The position numbers and the translations under genes are program-made. A DNA stretch of 64,000 nucleotides from Eledone cirrhosa. Its lineage: Eukaryota. Below the pieces are notes generated by a model, which was not told the DNA's origin, searched no databases, and was given only the letters and a program-made list of their open reading frames with translations. The stretch is from positions 332,506,001 to 332,570,000 of the forward strand of contig OZ024741.1 of NCBI GenBank assembly GCA_964016885.1, read 5' to 3'. Below are positions 1-13,167 of the stretch, piece by piece (the first letter of the stretch is position 1; every line of letters begins with the position of its first letter).

Positions 1-35
1 TATATATCTATATACACATATATATATATATACAC

Positions 36-117
<82 letters not shown>

Positions 118-455
118 ATATTCCCTGATGATGGTCAAATATCAAATTAGGGTCCAATTGAAATGGAATGTAAACTGCATAACATCAAAGACTGTGACTC
201 ATATTAAAGAAATCCATTTAGTTTTGAACAATTGCAGGGGGCAATGATATTTTAATGTAAAAGTTGGGAAAGAAACAGATGTGTTCAGTTTAAAGATTAT
301 AGTTCTCTGTCATTTTGGTAGTAGTGGGCAGTTGGTGCCATTAGCAAAAGTATCAGCCACTTAATGGTGTTTTTAAAGAGTTTAACAAATGGTAAGAGGA
401 TTCTGTAATAGGATTTAAAGGGGATGAACAGAGATGTAATCAGAGTGGCTGCTGG

Positions 456-946
456 CATGTTGTTGTTATTGTTGTTGCAGTTGTTATTACCGTTGTCGTT
501 ATTATAGTTGTTGTTGTTGCTATTATAGTTGTTGTTGTTGTTACTGTTGTTGTTGTTATTATAGTTGTTGTTGTTACAGTTGTTGTTGTTATTGTTGTTA
601 CTGTTGCTGTTATAGTTGTTGTTGTTGTTATTGTTGTTACAGTTGTTGTTGTTGTTGTTACAGTTGTTGTTGCTATTATAGTTGTTGTTACTGTTGTTGT
701 TGTTATTATAGTTGTTGTTGTTACAGTTGTTGTTGTTATTGTTGTTACTGTTGCTGTTATAGTTGTTGTTGTTGTTACTGTTGTTGTTATTATAGTTGTT
801 GTTGTTGCTACAGTTGTTGTTATTGTTGTTACTGTTGCTGTTATAGTTGTTGTTGTTACAGTTGTTGTTGTTATTGTTGTTATTATAGTTGTTATTATAG
901 TTGTTGTTGTTGGTGTTGTTGTTATTGTTGTTGTTACTGTTGTTGT
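456..946. repeat. Compound (TTG)n/(TTA)n trinucleotide array
   Basis: Continuous TTG repeats with recurring tta/cag/tag variants; source of the poly-N and poly-T ORFs. Confidence 0.95.
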
Positions 947-1328
947 GTAGCCTCTGATATTCAAGCCCTGCCCATCCCATACCACATTATTTCCAAAAAC
1001 ACACACATATGCATTCACACCCGTATACATTTACACACACATGCTCACACACATATATGTATGTACACACACACTCACCCATATATATATATATGTACTC
1101 GGGTATACACATACACACACAAATACATGTACATGTAAACATACACAAATAAATATATGTACACATATGTGTACACTCATATATATGTACACACACACAC
1201 ACCTATATACATATTATATATATATATATATATATATGCACACACACACACACATATTCAACTCTGTATTCATAGAGTTGTTTCATTATTGTTCTTTTGG
1301 CTAAGTTTACAGTATAAATATATATATA

Positions 1329-1370
<42 letters not shown>

Positions 1371-1466
1371 TGTATATACAGAGGGAGAGGGAGAGAGAAA
1401 GATGGACAGACAGACAGAGAAAGCGAAAGAGATAGATAGATAGATTGATTGATAGATCGTTAGACA

Positions 1467-1565
1467 GGTGCTAACCTTGCTTGGAGGACGTGGCTGTCCC
1501 TGAATAGGCTATGCACAGATATTAGCCAATTCAATGTAGCCATGCACCACTGAATCTGATAAAGA
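1467..1565 (+). mobile_element. Degenerate LINE ORF2 C-terminal fragment (Ingi/Vingi/I-like)
   Basis: Translates GANLAWRTWLSLNRLCTDISQFNVAMHH*, resembling the W..LNRLRTG.GRF...MH.W motif before the CCHC finger; same type as 16213-16440. Confidence 0.5.
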
Positions 1566-2214
1566 TGAAGAAAGCAAGTTTACCTCAGACTGGAAAAAGG
1601 TATGAAGGCATGCAACAAAATGGACTCTAAAAGCACCCAAGTATCATGGGGTGAGGGGGAGTATTAAACTCAGTAATGGATTAAGTCTACTATACAAAGG
1701 CAGAAGGTCATAGTTGAAATGTCTTTGATCATCAGATTGTTTGATCAGTGTTGACCTAGGACTCATTGTTATGTTTCATCCAATCCCTTGAGAAGGAGAA
1801 GCCATGACAAAAACAGCTCAATTTCATTATAACATTTTCTAATCAGGGTTGACTTAGGACTTGTCATATTTCATATGATCCCTTGGGAAGGAGAAGTCAT
1901 GGTGAAAAAGCAGCTTGGTTTTATCATAACAGTTTTCTAAAGGCTGCTTTACTGCATTGAGTTACCTCATCTATTGTAAGCTGATACTATCCCCTGATCG
2001 TAACTCTTGCTAGGAGGCAGGATTTGAACTCAAAACACCACGCAGAGCCAGATCAGATGCTGCAAAGCATCCCATCTGACTCTGTTTAACAATTCCCTGA
2101 AATGGGCAAATTTGAGCTCGGTGGTATTTAAAATCAGTAAAATGAACTGGAACAAATAGCAAAGTATTTTAATCCAACACCCCAACGATGTGGCCTTGGA
2201 TTAAACAACATTGT

Positions 2215-2460
2215 GAAGGTATGTGGCTTAGTGATTAGAGAATTAGGTTTGCATATGTGAGGTTGTGAGTTCAATCCCCAGACCTGGCGATGTGTTTTGT
2301 CCTTGAACAAGACACTTTATTTCACTTCACTCCTTCTGCCAGGAATTGCAACTGTTTGATAAAATCAGCAATGGAAAGACTAATGGAAACATTGTTTCCT
2401 TGGTCCGATGTGAAAAGTTCCACCTCACTCGGTAAGCGAAAGCAGACTGGGATCTAATCT
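2215..2460 (+). mobile_element. tRNA-derived SINE with CORE-like segment
   Basis: A box-like TGGCTTAGTG, B box-like GAGTTCAATCCC, then GTCCTTGAACAAGACACTTTATTTCAC; homologous to 50940-51605, 53130-53257 and 57600-57840. Confidence 0.75.
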
Positions 2461-3005
2461 ATCATAAAAACAAACATTAGATGTAGTTTTGCAGTATTGT
2501 ACAATACATTCTCCATAATCATATACCAAAAAACAAACAGTTGTAGTAATAGCAGCAGCAGTAGCTATCAGCAGCTTGTATCAGCAGCAGCACGTATCAC
2601 CAACAGCAGCAATTTTCTGTACATATGCTGTTAAGATAATATACAAATACTGCATTTATTTCCAATAATTACAATGACTCTATTTTGAAAGTTTATTTAG
2701 CACACATACACACACAGACACCCACAAACACATACATACACTGACATACTTACACATACATGCACACTTACACACACATACAAACACACAGGCTCTCACA
2801 TACACACACACCACTATACAAACATACATACACTAACACATGCACACAAACATATATATATATACAAACACACATATATATATATATATACATTCATATA
2901 TACATACATATATATATAAATATGTATATACATATACATACATATACATATATATACATACACATATATACAGATATATACATTTATATACATATATTTA
3001 TACAA

Positions 3006-3038
<33 letters not shown>

Positions 3039-3486
3039 AATACACATACACTTAGTTATTGAGAAATTGATGTGCCTGTCCATGAGTGTGTGTGTGTATA
3101 TTTATATATATGTGTATATGTGTATATGTATATATATGTGTGTGTGTGTGTATATAGATTATATGTATATATATAGATGTCTATATATATGAGCAACAAA
3201 AACAGCTGAATTTCCCAAAATATCAATAAATTCAGGAACATCGCTATTTATGTTGGAAAATAAGACAAAAAATAAAGAGAATTATCCAAAAAATGTATTG
3301 GTCGTTTCCATTGTGTGTTTTTTTTCTTCAATTTTTTATACATTTTTGTGTATATTTTGACAAATAAAATTTTGTCTTCCTTCAACGCAAATACTTTTGT
3401 TGAAAGTTCAAATAATGAGCATATGTTGAACTTTCCCTTCTCTTCAAATGTTATATATATATATGTAGTTCTATATACACATACAT

Positions 3487-3518
<32 letters not shown>

Positions 3519-4604
3519 GTACACACATATATATATATAGATGTGTATGTATATATATGTATATATATATAGAAATATATATATAGAGAGAGATAAATGT
3601 ATATATATATGTAGATTTATTTGTTTATATATATATATATATACACACATACATATATACATAGATATATACATAGATTTATACACACATACTTACAAAT
3701 ATACTGTTTTGTTTCTCATTTTAATTTCCATATAGGAAGTTGACAAGACAGCACAAGACAAGTCTTATAGCTCTAGCTAAGCTAATATATTGCATTGTGG
3801 GAAATTACATCTGTAATATTTCATCATTTCACATATTTTGTTGGTTTTAGTGTGTTTTATGTTTTTATTTTATTTTATTTTATTTTATATTTACATTATT
3901 CATTTTTATTTTCGATTCTTGTTTTTGTGAATTGATAATTTAACTTTGAAAATTACTTGGACCTTGTGGAATATGTTTTTGTATTTTGATACATACACAC
4001 AGACACAGACACACATATATATGTATAAGTATATATATATGTGTGTGTGTGTGTGTATATATACATATATATATATTCATATATATATATATACATACTG
4101 TATATATACATACTGTATATATATATACATACATACATATATATACATATATGTATATTCACACACACATATATATATATACTTATACATATATATGTGC
4201 CTGTGTGTATGTGTATGTATCAATATCCTGTAGCCTGATCAGTGTTTGGGCACCAGTGAAGACTTTCATCTCCAACACAGTATGACAAACCTGAGTCAGC
4301 CTGATGGAACCGAATTTCTCCGAGCTATTGCACATAGCCTAATTTGTAGGCATGGAACTTATTATTTTAGAGGAAGGGAACTGGCAAATTATTACACTGA
4401 TGTTTCGCAAAACAACTCTTGCAATCTGATTGAAGGGGGACCAGTTCCTAGAAAAAACTGGAACCACATTCAGAACTCCACTCATGTGGAGCACAACTCT
4501 ACCCTCAAGCACAATCTATCTATTAGTCTTTCTCTCACTCTCTGTCTATCTATCTGTCTATCTATCTTTTAAACTAAATATTTATCTATCTATATTAATA
4601 GTTT

Positions 4605-4682
4605 TATTTTCATATACCTGTATGTAAACTCCCCATTTGTATTTGTCCCTTTCTTTTGTGGCCTTGTGGCTAATAAAGAAAT

Positions 4683-4685
<3 letters not shown>
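4605..4685 (+). mobile_element. Short 3' end of Tx1/L1-like LINE ending in (TATC)n
   Basis: TGTATTTGTCCC...GTGGCTAATAAAGAAA followed by (TATC)n; same tail as 4940-5330 and 29411-30040. Confidence 0.65.
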
Positions 4686-4750
<65 letters not shown>

Positions 4751-4939
4751 CTATCTGATTATCTAGCTATCTAACTATCCATCTGTCTGTCTAGCTAGCT
4801 ATTTGTCTGTGTATGTCCATCTATCTTTCTCTTTGTCTGTGTATGACTATCTATCTGTCTGCCAGCTAGCTGCCTTTCTTTCTATCTGTCTGTCTGTCTC
4901 TATCTATCTGTCTGTCTGTCTCTATCTATTTGTCTGTCT

Positions 4940-5330
4940 CTCTAACAACTGATTCTTTTTTTCAAATACCACTTTGGAAGAAGAATCAGGATGGAGAGAG
5001 AGGTGCTGTACCCCAGCAAGTTTTATGAAAGGTGGGTGAAAGTGGCGAGAATGGCCCGAGTGAATGGGCCTTCTCTCTATATCAGCCTGTAGGTTGAGGA
5101 AAAGGAGGAAGAGAGGAAAGGAGTACAAACTCTTCGTACTCCTGGAGATGAGGGTTGCACATTTTTTCGGGGGTATGTGTTACCCATATGAACTGTCTCC
5201 CCCTATTGGGGAAAATCGACTAATTTTTTTAATTGAATTTGTGATAATATTTTACACGTTTTTATTGTATGTAAACTTCCCCCTTTGTATTTGTCCCCTT
5301 CTTTTGTGCCCCTGTGGCTAATAAAGAAAC
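4940..5330 (+). mobile_element. 5'-truncated Tx1/L1-like LINE (ORF2 C-terminus + 3' UTR)
   Basis: QLILFFKYHFGRRIRMEREVLYPSKFYERWVKVARMARVNGPSLYISL* matches the minus-strand copy at 29646-29790; ends AATAAAGAAA then (TATC)n. Confidence 0.75.
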
Positions 5331-6079
5331 ATATCTATCTGTCTCTCTATCTATCTGTCTTATCCATCTATCTGTCTGTATGTCTGTCTGTTTATATATC
5401 TATCTATCTGTCTGTCTGACTGCCTCTTTGTCTCTAACTATTTTTTGCCTTTCTATCTATCTATTTCTCTGTCTCTTATCTATCTGTCTCTGTATAGCTA
5501 GGCATCTGTTAATCTCTCTATTTACCTATCTATATAACTGTCTCTCTTTCTGTAGAATATTGATGCAGGAGTTGGTGTAAAAGATGGTAGGCTCTTATTT
5601 GAGGAAAATTTAGCTGTTATAGGTGAATTGGCAGAATTGTTAAGACATCAAACTAAATTAAATCTCTCAGTATTTTTTCCAGCTCACAGCTCACTGTGTT
5701 GTGTTGCAATCCCACTGAGGTTTAAGGTTTAATCTACCTTTTGTTTCTTCAGGGTTGATGAAGTGCCAGGCAAAGGGGATTGGTGGAATTTTTAAACAGT
5801 TGGACATGTTGCTTTATAATATCTGATCTAGCTCAGTCAGTTCTGAGTTCAAGTCTTGCCTCCTCCTCCACCAAGGCCAAATGGTCAGCTTGACTCCTCA
5901 CACACACATTAGCTCCTCCAACATCAAGGCCAAGTGGTCATCTTGACCTTCCCCTGTTACCTCTTTCTCCATCATGACTAAAGGATCAGCTTGAACCCTC
6001 CCCCACATTACCTCTTCCTGCATCAAGTCTAAATGGTCAGTGTGATCCCTGCCCACTCTGTTCTGTTTGATTGTAAACA

Positions 6080-6265
6080 GCTTTACAGAGTGTACTGGGT
6101 GTATTTTATTCTGGCACCAGCTTTAGTGAGGTCATTATATCATCAACATGACTAGTGGATCCACTTGACCTCATGTCACTATTTGATCATTGACCACTTT
6201 ACAGAGTGTACTAGGTGTATTTTGTCCTGGCACCAGCTTTAGTGAAGTCATTATATCATCAACTG
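6080..6265. repeat. Local direct duplication (two copies of a ~70-bp block)
   Basis: CTTTACAGAGTGTACT...CTGGCACCAGCTTTAGTGA.GTCATTATATCATCAAC occurs at ~6080 and ~6197. Confidence 0.7.
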
Positions 6266-6754
6266 GACTAAAAAGTTCCCGCAACTGGTGTGTTTCTCTA
6301 GATGATATTACAGTCAGCCATCACCACTGCAATCAATGAATAAACCTCTGAACATCCTTACCATGTAGAAGAATTGTGGAAAGGTTTATATAGACTTTTG
6401 ACTTATCACAATGATTTGTCATCCATGGGTGTGGACTGTACAGTGGAAAATGCAGGCTTAGTAATTTTCTTAGTGTTCTCAGAGCAAGATGTGTAAAAAA
6501 TTAGGTTCATCAACTTACCAAACTTTATGGTACATTTAATTTATTTTACTTTGGAGAATGAGGTGTATAACTGAGAGAAGTGATGCCTCATACCCAGGCA
6601 TTGACCCTGTATACATGACCATATGTATTTCCAATATAACATTTATAGCTTTGAATGTTTACATCTTTCATGTATGTACTTGCATCTGAATTACATTAGT
6701 CATTGGAAATTATTCAATCCAGTGAATTGCATGTTTGCCATTATATATATATAT

Positions 6755-6790
<36 letters not shown>

Positions 6791-6831
6791 TGGCAATATT
6801 ACACAAATATGACCCTTCCCTATATATATAT

Positions 6832-6887
<56 letters not shown>

Positions 6888-7420
6888 TATTTATTTTTTT
6901 ATGATAGTAACGATAACATTTATTATTATTATTATTATTGTTGTTGTTGTTGTTTTCTTTTTTTTATATTTCTATGTGAATCCCTACACGTTATGTAACC
7001 AGTCTTTTTGATGCCCCTTCCCCTTCATCCAGTGCTTTTACGGCAAGTGAATGAAACCATCATCATCATTATTATTATTATTTTTTTTTTTTTTCAGTTT
7101 CATTTAAGTTTCAAATGCATCACTAGGTACACCTCTATGCTCCTGATGTATTGGGGGTGGGATGTATAGAATCATGTTGTTGTTGTTGTTGTTATCATCA
7201 TCATCATTATTATTAGTAGTATTATCTCTACTGTTTCAGCCTTTGTTGATTTCTCCCTTTCGTATTTAACTGATGTAAACCCCACTTTGTGTTGTTTTTC
7301 ATCTTTGTATTGTCCCCGGAATTGTGGGGCACCCTTGTGGCCAATAAAATAAATCATCAGCATCTTCATTATTATCATCACCTCCACCACCACCACCATT
7401 ATTATTACCATCAATAATAG

Positions 7421-7610
7421 GGTGGTTGATTAGCAGTATCAGTAGAGGGTTTGACGCCATGCTTTCTCGCATAGTTACATCCCTTTATGATCTGAGTTCA
7501 AATCCCGCCAAGGTTGACTTTGCCTTTCATCCTTACGGGGTTGATGAAATAAAGTACCAGTAATGTACTGGGTAATTGCTGGCCTTGTGCCTAAAGTAGA
7601 AACAATTATT
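7421..7610 (+). mobile_element. tRNA-derived MetaSINE-like SINE
   Basis: B box GAGTTCAAATCCC, central GACTTTGCCTTTCATCCTTACGGGGT.GAT.AAATAAAGTACCAG resembling the Meta core, tail AGAAACAATTATT; more than 10 copies in the window. Confidence 0.85.
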
Positions 7611-8935
7611 ACCATCAATAACTTCATCACCATCATCATCACTACCACCATCATCATCACCACCATCATCATCACTACCACCATCATCATCACCACCATC
7701 ATCATCACTGCCACCATCATCATCACCACTATCATCACTACCACCATCATCATCACCACTATCATCACTACCACCATCATCACCACCATCATCATCACCA
7801 CCATCATCATCACTACCACCATCATCATCACCACTATCATCACTACCACCATCATCACCACCATCATCATCACCACCACCATCATCACCACTATCATCAC
7901 CACCACCATCATCACCACTATCATCACCACCATCACCATCATCACCACTATCATCACCACCATCATCATCACTACCACCATCACCACCACTACCATCACC
8001 ACCACCACCATCACCACCACCATCATCACCACCATCATCATCACCACCACTATCATCACCACCATCATCACCACCATCATCATCACCACCACTACCATCA
8101 CCATCATCATCATCACCACCACCATCATCACTACCACCATCACCACCACCATCATCACCACTATCATCACCACCACCATCATCACCACTATCATCACCAC
8201 CATCACCATCATCACCACTATCATCACCACCATCATCATCACCACCACCATCATCACCACCATCATCATCACCACCACCATCATCACCACCATCATCATC
8301 ATCAGCATCACCACCACCATCATCATTACCATCATCATCATCACCACCACCACCATCACTACCACCATCACCACCACTATCATCACCACCACCATCATCA
8401 CCACCACTATCATCACCACCCATACCATCACCACCATCATCATCACCACCCCTATCATCACCACCACTATCATCACCACCCCTATCATCACCACCACTAT
8501 CATCACCACCCCTACCATCACCACCATCATCATCACCACCCCTACCATCACCACCATCATCATCACCACCCCTATCATCACCACCACTATCATCACCACC
8601 CCTATCATCACCACCATCATCATTACTACCATCATCATCATCACTACCATCATCATCACCACCACCATCATCATTACCATCATCATCATCACCACCACCA
8701 TCATCACTACCACCATCACCACCACTATCATCACCACCACCATCATCACCACCACTATCATCACCACCACCATCATCACCACCACTATCATCACCACCCT
8801 ACCATCACCACCACCATCATCACCACCCCTATCATCACCACCACTATCATCACCACCCCTATCATCACCACCACTATCACCACCACCACCATCATCATTA
8901 CCATCATCATCATCATCACCACCATCAACATTATT
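7611..8935. repeat. (CAT/CAC)n trinucleotide array, ~1.3 kb
   Basis: Uninterrupted CAT/CAC/TAC triplets starting directly at the SINE tail. Confidence 0.95.
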
Positions 8936-9530
8936 ATTGTAATATATTATTAATGTCCGTTTATGATTCAATGTAATTCATGTATTTTTCCTGTGCTTGA
9001 TGAAGGACAGAGAAGATTTTCCCTTTTTCCCTGTAATGTATTTTATCTAATCTCTTTGTTTGTCATAATAAATTTTACGTTTTGTCGATGTGGATGTCAT
9101 AAAATTTATATGGTTTGTAGGTTTTATTAAGTATTATTGTTGTGTCATTGCTATATGTGTGTTATATTGCCTTTGTTTCTGCGTTACTAGTATTATTCTT
9201 TCATTTCCTATGGGAAGGAAATATTGAAAAAATTATCTAAAAACTAGATGAAAAAAATTCTTCAAAGTTTATTTACATTTTTATAACACATATATGTGCA
9301 TATGTATACACATGCACACACACACACGTGTGTGTGTATGTATATATATATATATATATATATACATGCACGCACACATACACAAGTGTGTGTGTGTGTA
9401 TGTGTATATATATATATATATAGTAATAATAAATACTAATAAATTATTGTTATCATTATTATTAGTAGTATTATCTCTACTGTTTCAGCCTTTGTTGATT
9501 TCTCAATAAATGCTAATAAATAATATATAT

Positions 9531-9658
9531 AGTAATAATAAAGACCAAAATCCGAAGAGGGCTTGATAAAGATTGTATATATATACCCGTAGAGCAAATA
9601 TTTCAGTAGATCCTGTATAGGGTGAAAGCAGAATTTCTTTGCTTAAACTTTAATCTGT
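9531..9658. mobile_element. Small (TA)n-associated repeat, rearranged copy of the 17542-17706 family
   Basis: 9531-9603 matches 17779-17870; 9601-9658 matches 17547-17604; the two halves are in opposite orientation relative to the 17542-17706 unit. Confidence 0.7.
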
Positions 9659-9710
9659 ACTGATAAATAAATAAATAGATAAATAAATATGTATGTATGT
9701 ATATATATAT

Positions 9711-9815
<105 letters not shown>

Positions 9816-9819
9816 TATA

Positions 9820-10240
9820 CATATTTAAGGCTTTTAGCATCTTCGGCTGGATTTCATTTTCCCCCAGCAGCCTTACCACATTTGAGATTAGTCACCACTC
9901 CCAGTTGTGCCTTGTGTACATTAGAAGATGCTATTGTGATCACGTTTGGGAGATCAGCAAAGTATTCTCTCCACCTCATGAGGATGTACCTCTCTGAAGA
10001 GAGGAGAACCACAGAGGCATTCCTGATAGGAGGTGTGGAGACGGACCTATTACAAAGTTGGTGGTTGGTTTGCCAAAACACTTCATATGCTGATTTGAAG
10101 TCAGATTCCAGCTTAACGCCAAAGTCCTCTCATGTCTTAACTTTGGATGCATTTACTGTCTTTGCTGTGATTCTGCGTGCCTGCTTGTACCCCAAATGCA
10201 AGAAGGAGGACTTATTTCCAAGCAAGTGCAAGAATTTCAG
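9820..10240 (-). mobile_element. RTE-clade LINE ORF2 fragment (pre-RT region)
   Basis: [12 protein letters not shown]...LKCGKAAG / [13 protein letters not shown], typical RTE motifs (RW.EYF..LLN, GKAAG.D.I..EMLKAL), with frameshifts. Confidence 0.75.
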
Positions 10241-10249
10241 GAGCTGGTG

Positions 10250-10637
10250 CAGTAATGTGCCAGTGTCAGCATTCAGTAATCAGATGGAAGATAGTGTAAA
10301 AGCCAAACTCGCTATCTTCAAATTGGTATTCATGGCAACACTGTCTTATGGTCATAAATCTTGGGTAATGACCAAAAGAATACTATTGTAAATACAAGTG
10401 ACCGAGATGGGGTTCTTCCAGAAGGTCCTTGGAATAATGTTACTCGATAGAGAGTCACTCCAGATAGAGCCACTACTTCTCTGAATTGAGAGTTTACAGC
10501 TCCAATACTATGGGCATATAGTTACAAATTGTATGGGTAAAACCAACTGGCAGGAGATCTGGAGGTAGACCCTGAGCAAGCTGGTTGGATAACATCCATG
10601 AGGTTGGCAGGTCTCAATTGGGGATCCAGTCAGATCA
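10250..10637 (+). mobile_element. RTE-clade (Expander/Rex3-like) LINE C-terminal fragment
   Basis: [28 protein letters not shown]...EMGF...IEPLLL.IE..QLQYYGHIV...GGRP..SWLDNI. Confidence 0.75.
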
Positions 10638-10696
10638 TATATATATATATATTTATATACATGTACATGTAGAAATACATATATAAATGATTTATT

Positions 10697-10781
<85 letters not shown>

Positions 10782-11075
10782 ATGTGAGTATGTATATATA
10801 TATATATCTGTGTCTGTGAGTGTGTGTGTGTCTGTTTGTGCGTTCATTAGATAAGTTATTAAATACACATACACATCTACACATATATGAATTACACAAT
10901 GAATATTGTTTACCCTGAGGTGCTTCAAGATTGACAGATTTTCCTTTCTAAATTCTATTATCATTACAATTTTGATATTTTAAAAATAAAATATAGATAT
11001 TTTGAAACAATTATGAGAAAAAAAAAACATATCTCCATATTTATTGTTTACTAATCTGAATAACAGCAGCAGTAA

Positions 11076-11103
11076 TCCGGGCAACGCCGGGTAATTCAGC
11101 TAG
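11076..11103 (+). mobile_element. Helitron-type 3' terminus
   Basis: GC-rich hairpin TCCGGGCAACGCCGGG, an 8-nt gap, then CTAG followed by T; 5' end not identified. Confidence 0.65.
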
Positions 11104-11129
<26 letters not shown>

Positions 11130-11134
<5 letters not shown>

Positions 11135-11187
11135 TAAAATAACAGATTAAAGTTTAAGCAAAGAATCGCTGCTTTTATTATTATTAC

Positions 11188-11188
<1 letters not shown>
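11130..11188. mobile_element. Fragment of the 17542-17706 family between (TA)n tracts
   Basis: TTATTAAAATAACAGATTAAAGTTTAAGCAAAGAATCGCTGCTTT is the reverse complement of 17571-17615, followed by the forward terminal TATTATTATTACT. Confidence 0.7.
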
Positions 11189-11226
<38 letters not shown>

Positions 11227-11227
11227 T

Positions 11228-11261
<34 letters not shown>

Positions 11262-11355
11262 GATATGTGTGTGTAGATATTTATGTACATATACACACAT
11301 ATATACTGATTCATACAACTGCAATTATGCATGTTTGTGAGTGTATGAAAGATAG

Positions 11356-11406
<51 letters not shown>

Positions 11407-12414
11407 ATGTGTGTATATGTATTTTTGTGTGTGTTTGCAAAATATGAAAGTTTTTTTTTTTCCCCATTTCTTTTTATTTCTGTGAGTTGGGAAGCAGTAG
11501 CAGGAGGATTGAAAGTGAGGAGTGTGGGGGTGGGGGTGGGGGATGCTGATGGACTGAGGCATCGGTAGGAAATTATGACATTTTAAAAGATTTATTCTGT
11601 TTCCTGTATTGGATGTATTATTGACTATTGATACCCATCACTAAAGCTAAGACCCCATTTAAGTACAGGCAAAACAAAATATCAAGAGGAATTTCAGAGA
11701 CAGACACACACACACATATATATAGATACACATGTACATATACATAGATATATATATACACACCACATATATAGACACATATACATAAACATGCACACGT
11801 GTATATACATTGATGTAGGCAAACATGTATATAGAAACATGCACACACATACATGTACACACATGCACACATGTAAAAACACATTTACTCATAGACACAT
11901 GTACATTTACATAAACACATGCACACATATCCATATCCATACACAAAGATACACATACACACACATGTACATATATATAAACACTTGCACGCATATCCAT
12001 ATACATAGACAGAGGTACACATGCAGACACATACAGTGATAGTCACATATACACATAGGCACTTTTACACACAGATGAATAGACACCTACATACTTAGTT
12101 GCATGTACACATACATACACATAGACACATGTACACACCAATATGGGTACAAGAACACACATGCATAAGCATATGCAGGCACATACACATCGGCACATGT
12201 ACGCCTACATATATAATGATACAATCACATCAATTAACATGTATACATGCATACACACACACACGCGCATATACACATCTGCTAGCATACACACACACTC
12301 AAAAACGTGTATTCACAGATATATGCAAACACACATTAACATGTGTATACATAGATATATGCACACACACATATACATTAAAAAAACATGGTTTTAAAAT
12401 ACAGAACTGTTTGT

Positions 12415-13060
12415 TTTAAAACAGCACTGTAACTGCTTCACGTTGAAAATTAAACATTTTATTCTAATATTACATATATTTTACAATGATCTGTCTCTGA
12501 AATGAAGATAATACAAATATTTGAATTAACAAAACATGAAACCATATTAGCAAGACATTCCTGAAAAGTACAAAACAGCACTATGACTGCATCATATTTA
12601 AAAATTCAACTCTACACAATGATCCATTCAAAAATAAAGATCATATAAATATTTAATAATAACAATAATCCAGCCAGAACTCTCTCACCTCTTTCTGTTT
12701 AAACCGGCTGTAACTGGCCACTCCTACCTACATTAAGGTATTGTTCTCAAAATAAATAAGATAACATCAAAGTCTCATAGATTCGATATTATGTGAGATA
12801 ATTATGTAATATAAAGCATTTACCACAAAAATACAATAGTATATATAATGTAACTAAAGGGTTAAAAGTATAAAACAGCACTATAACTACATCATATTTA
12901 AAAATTGAACTCGTTGCTCTAATACTGTATATTTTTACAAAGATCTGTCATTAATAAAGATAGTATAAATATTTGAATTAACAATTTCTTTTTTAGACAT
13001 TTTCTGCTAAATCATTTCAGGATGCTAGGACTATTTAAAATGACTATGATGCTTCATATA
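12415..13060. repeat. Degenerate AT-rich dispersed/tandem repeat (also 14250-14750, 15125-15310)
   Basis: Recurring AAACAGCACTATGACTGCATCATATTTAAAAATT and AAAGATA.TATAAATATTTGAATTAACAA blocks. Confidence 0.6.
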
Positions 13061-13167
13061 AACCATTTTAGTTTAATACTTCTCAGCCAGCTCACATACT
13101 GTCAGGTGTGGTTCAGCTTCGACACAGGCACATAAATACTCATTGTTAATGCATGAGAGTCAACCAC

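Noticed and set aside
297-1030. Poly-Asn and poly-Thr ORFs
   Set aside because: Produced by the (TTG)n array.
4246-4572. 108-aa non-repetitive ORF
   Set aside because: No recognisable motif; it runs into (TATC)n next to LINE tails and is probably a LINE fragment, but I cannot support a call.
7475-8971. Long M/V-, D/G- and I/T-rich ORFs (similar ones at 41368-42306, 47653-50113, 54309-54614)
   Set aside because: Trinucleotide repeats, often with SINE-derived ends; not genes.
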